A stretch of DNA of 64,000 nt from Marsupella aquatica (taxonomy: Eukaryota; Plantae; Marchantiophyta). Both the position numbers and the translations under genes were made by a program. The DNA lies in contig OZ316892.1 of assembly GCA_973895155.1 (NCBI GenBank), forward strand, positions 15,802,861-15,866,860, given 5' to 3'. The notes beneath the pieces were generated by a model. The model did no database searches and was not told the origin of the DNA. It worked only from the letters and a program-made list of their open reading frames with translations. Shown one piece after another: positions 63,538-64,000 of this stretch; the first letter of the stretch is position 1; each line of letters begins with the position of its first letter.

Positions 63538-63830
63538 TGTTAGGAATTGACTCGAGTTCCCGACTTTAGTTAGTTTAGCCTTACTAGGGTTAATTGACCC
63601 TTGGTTAATCTAGGATAAGATCCACTTATTTAAGCCCACACATCTTAGTTCCCTTTGGGGGTATAGGTTGGAGGGAGAGCATTATCTCCCTCATTCGTCA
63701 CATGTTCTTTCTCATGAGTTATGGATTCTTTAGGAGTTTCTCCATGATCGTGGTGTCTTGTCGGTGTAGTGTGATTGAGTGCTCTCATGTTCCGCATTGT
63801 TGTCTAGTCTGGTCTGATGATTCTCCTACA
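63538..63830 (+). mobile_element. 3' LTR of the copia element
   Basis: TGTTAGGA after the PPT, ending ...CTCCTACA; the same end as the 5' remnant at 56889-56895. Confidence 0.7.
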
Positions 63831-64000
63831 TAGAACTCTTGCTTCAAGAACACCAAGCATATTTGGCCTCTAGATGCTGAATCTAAACTACCATACCATC
63901 CTAGTGGGCATGCATAGGGCATGGTGGTGGGTGATGATAGCCATGCACTCCTGCATAACACATGTTATATGTACTAGAAAATTTCAGAGGAAAATTTACA

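Larger units (their letters stand above)
56889..63830 (+). mobile_element. Ty1/copia element, decayed, with the 5' LTR almost entirely lost
   Basis: LTR remnant tcctaca and PBS-like tgatatcaaagc (56898-56909). gag KFEVEKFDG, CWHCHEKGHTKWSC; protease WMLDSG; integrase VHSNVWGP, RSDNGGEY, QQNGMTER; RT LYVDDML; RNase H FVDSDCAG...HIDIRYHFIRE. PPT-like caaggtgaagat precedes the 3' LTR. Confidence 0.9.

Overview
TE-dense eukaryotic nuclear DNA with GT-AG introns. It is probably from a non-seed land plant such as a moss or lycophyte; this is inferred from an Iota-class GST and a PHD-tailed gypsy integrase fragment. Left to right: (1) a Tat/Athila-like Ty3/gypsy element on the minus strand (gag with three CCHC knuckles; a probable ~4-kb 5' LTR containing a long ORF), nested in the gag of a second gypsy element whose LTR has AGT...ACT ends; (2) a large Helitron (~9993-35132) carrying a complete 16,032-bp CACTA element (11-bp TIRs, CCT TSD). 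The CACTA encodes TnpD/TnpA plus an EDM2-like PHD gene, a tandem-BRCT gene, a Cys-rich ORF and a captured RPL18a exon; (3) a diverged TOUGH/GPATCH1 gene; (4) LINE, MULE-like and Harbinger relics; (5) an Iota-class GST immediately followed by a plastid TatC that has no first exon of its own; (6) a decayed Ty1/copia element holding two solo LTRs. The best novelty candidates are the CACTA cargo cassette (chromatin reader plus repair adaptor), the GSTI-TatC splice linkage, the AGT...ACT LTRs and the LTR-embedded ORF. All family assignments come from recognising motifs by eye, not from database searches.
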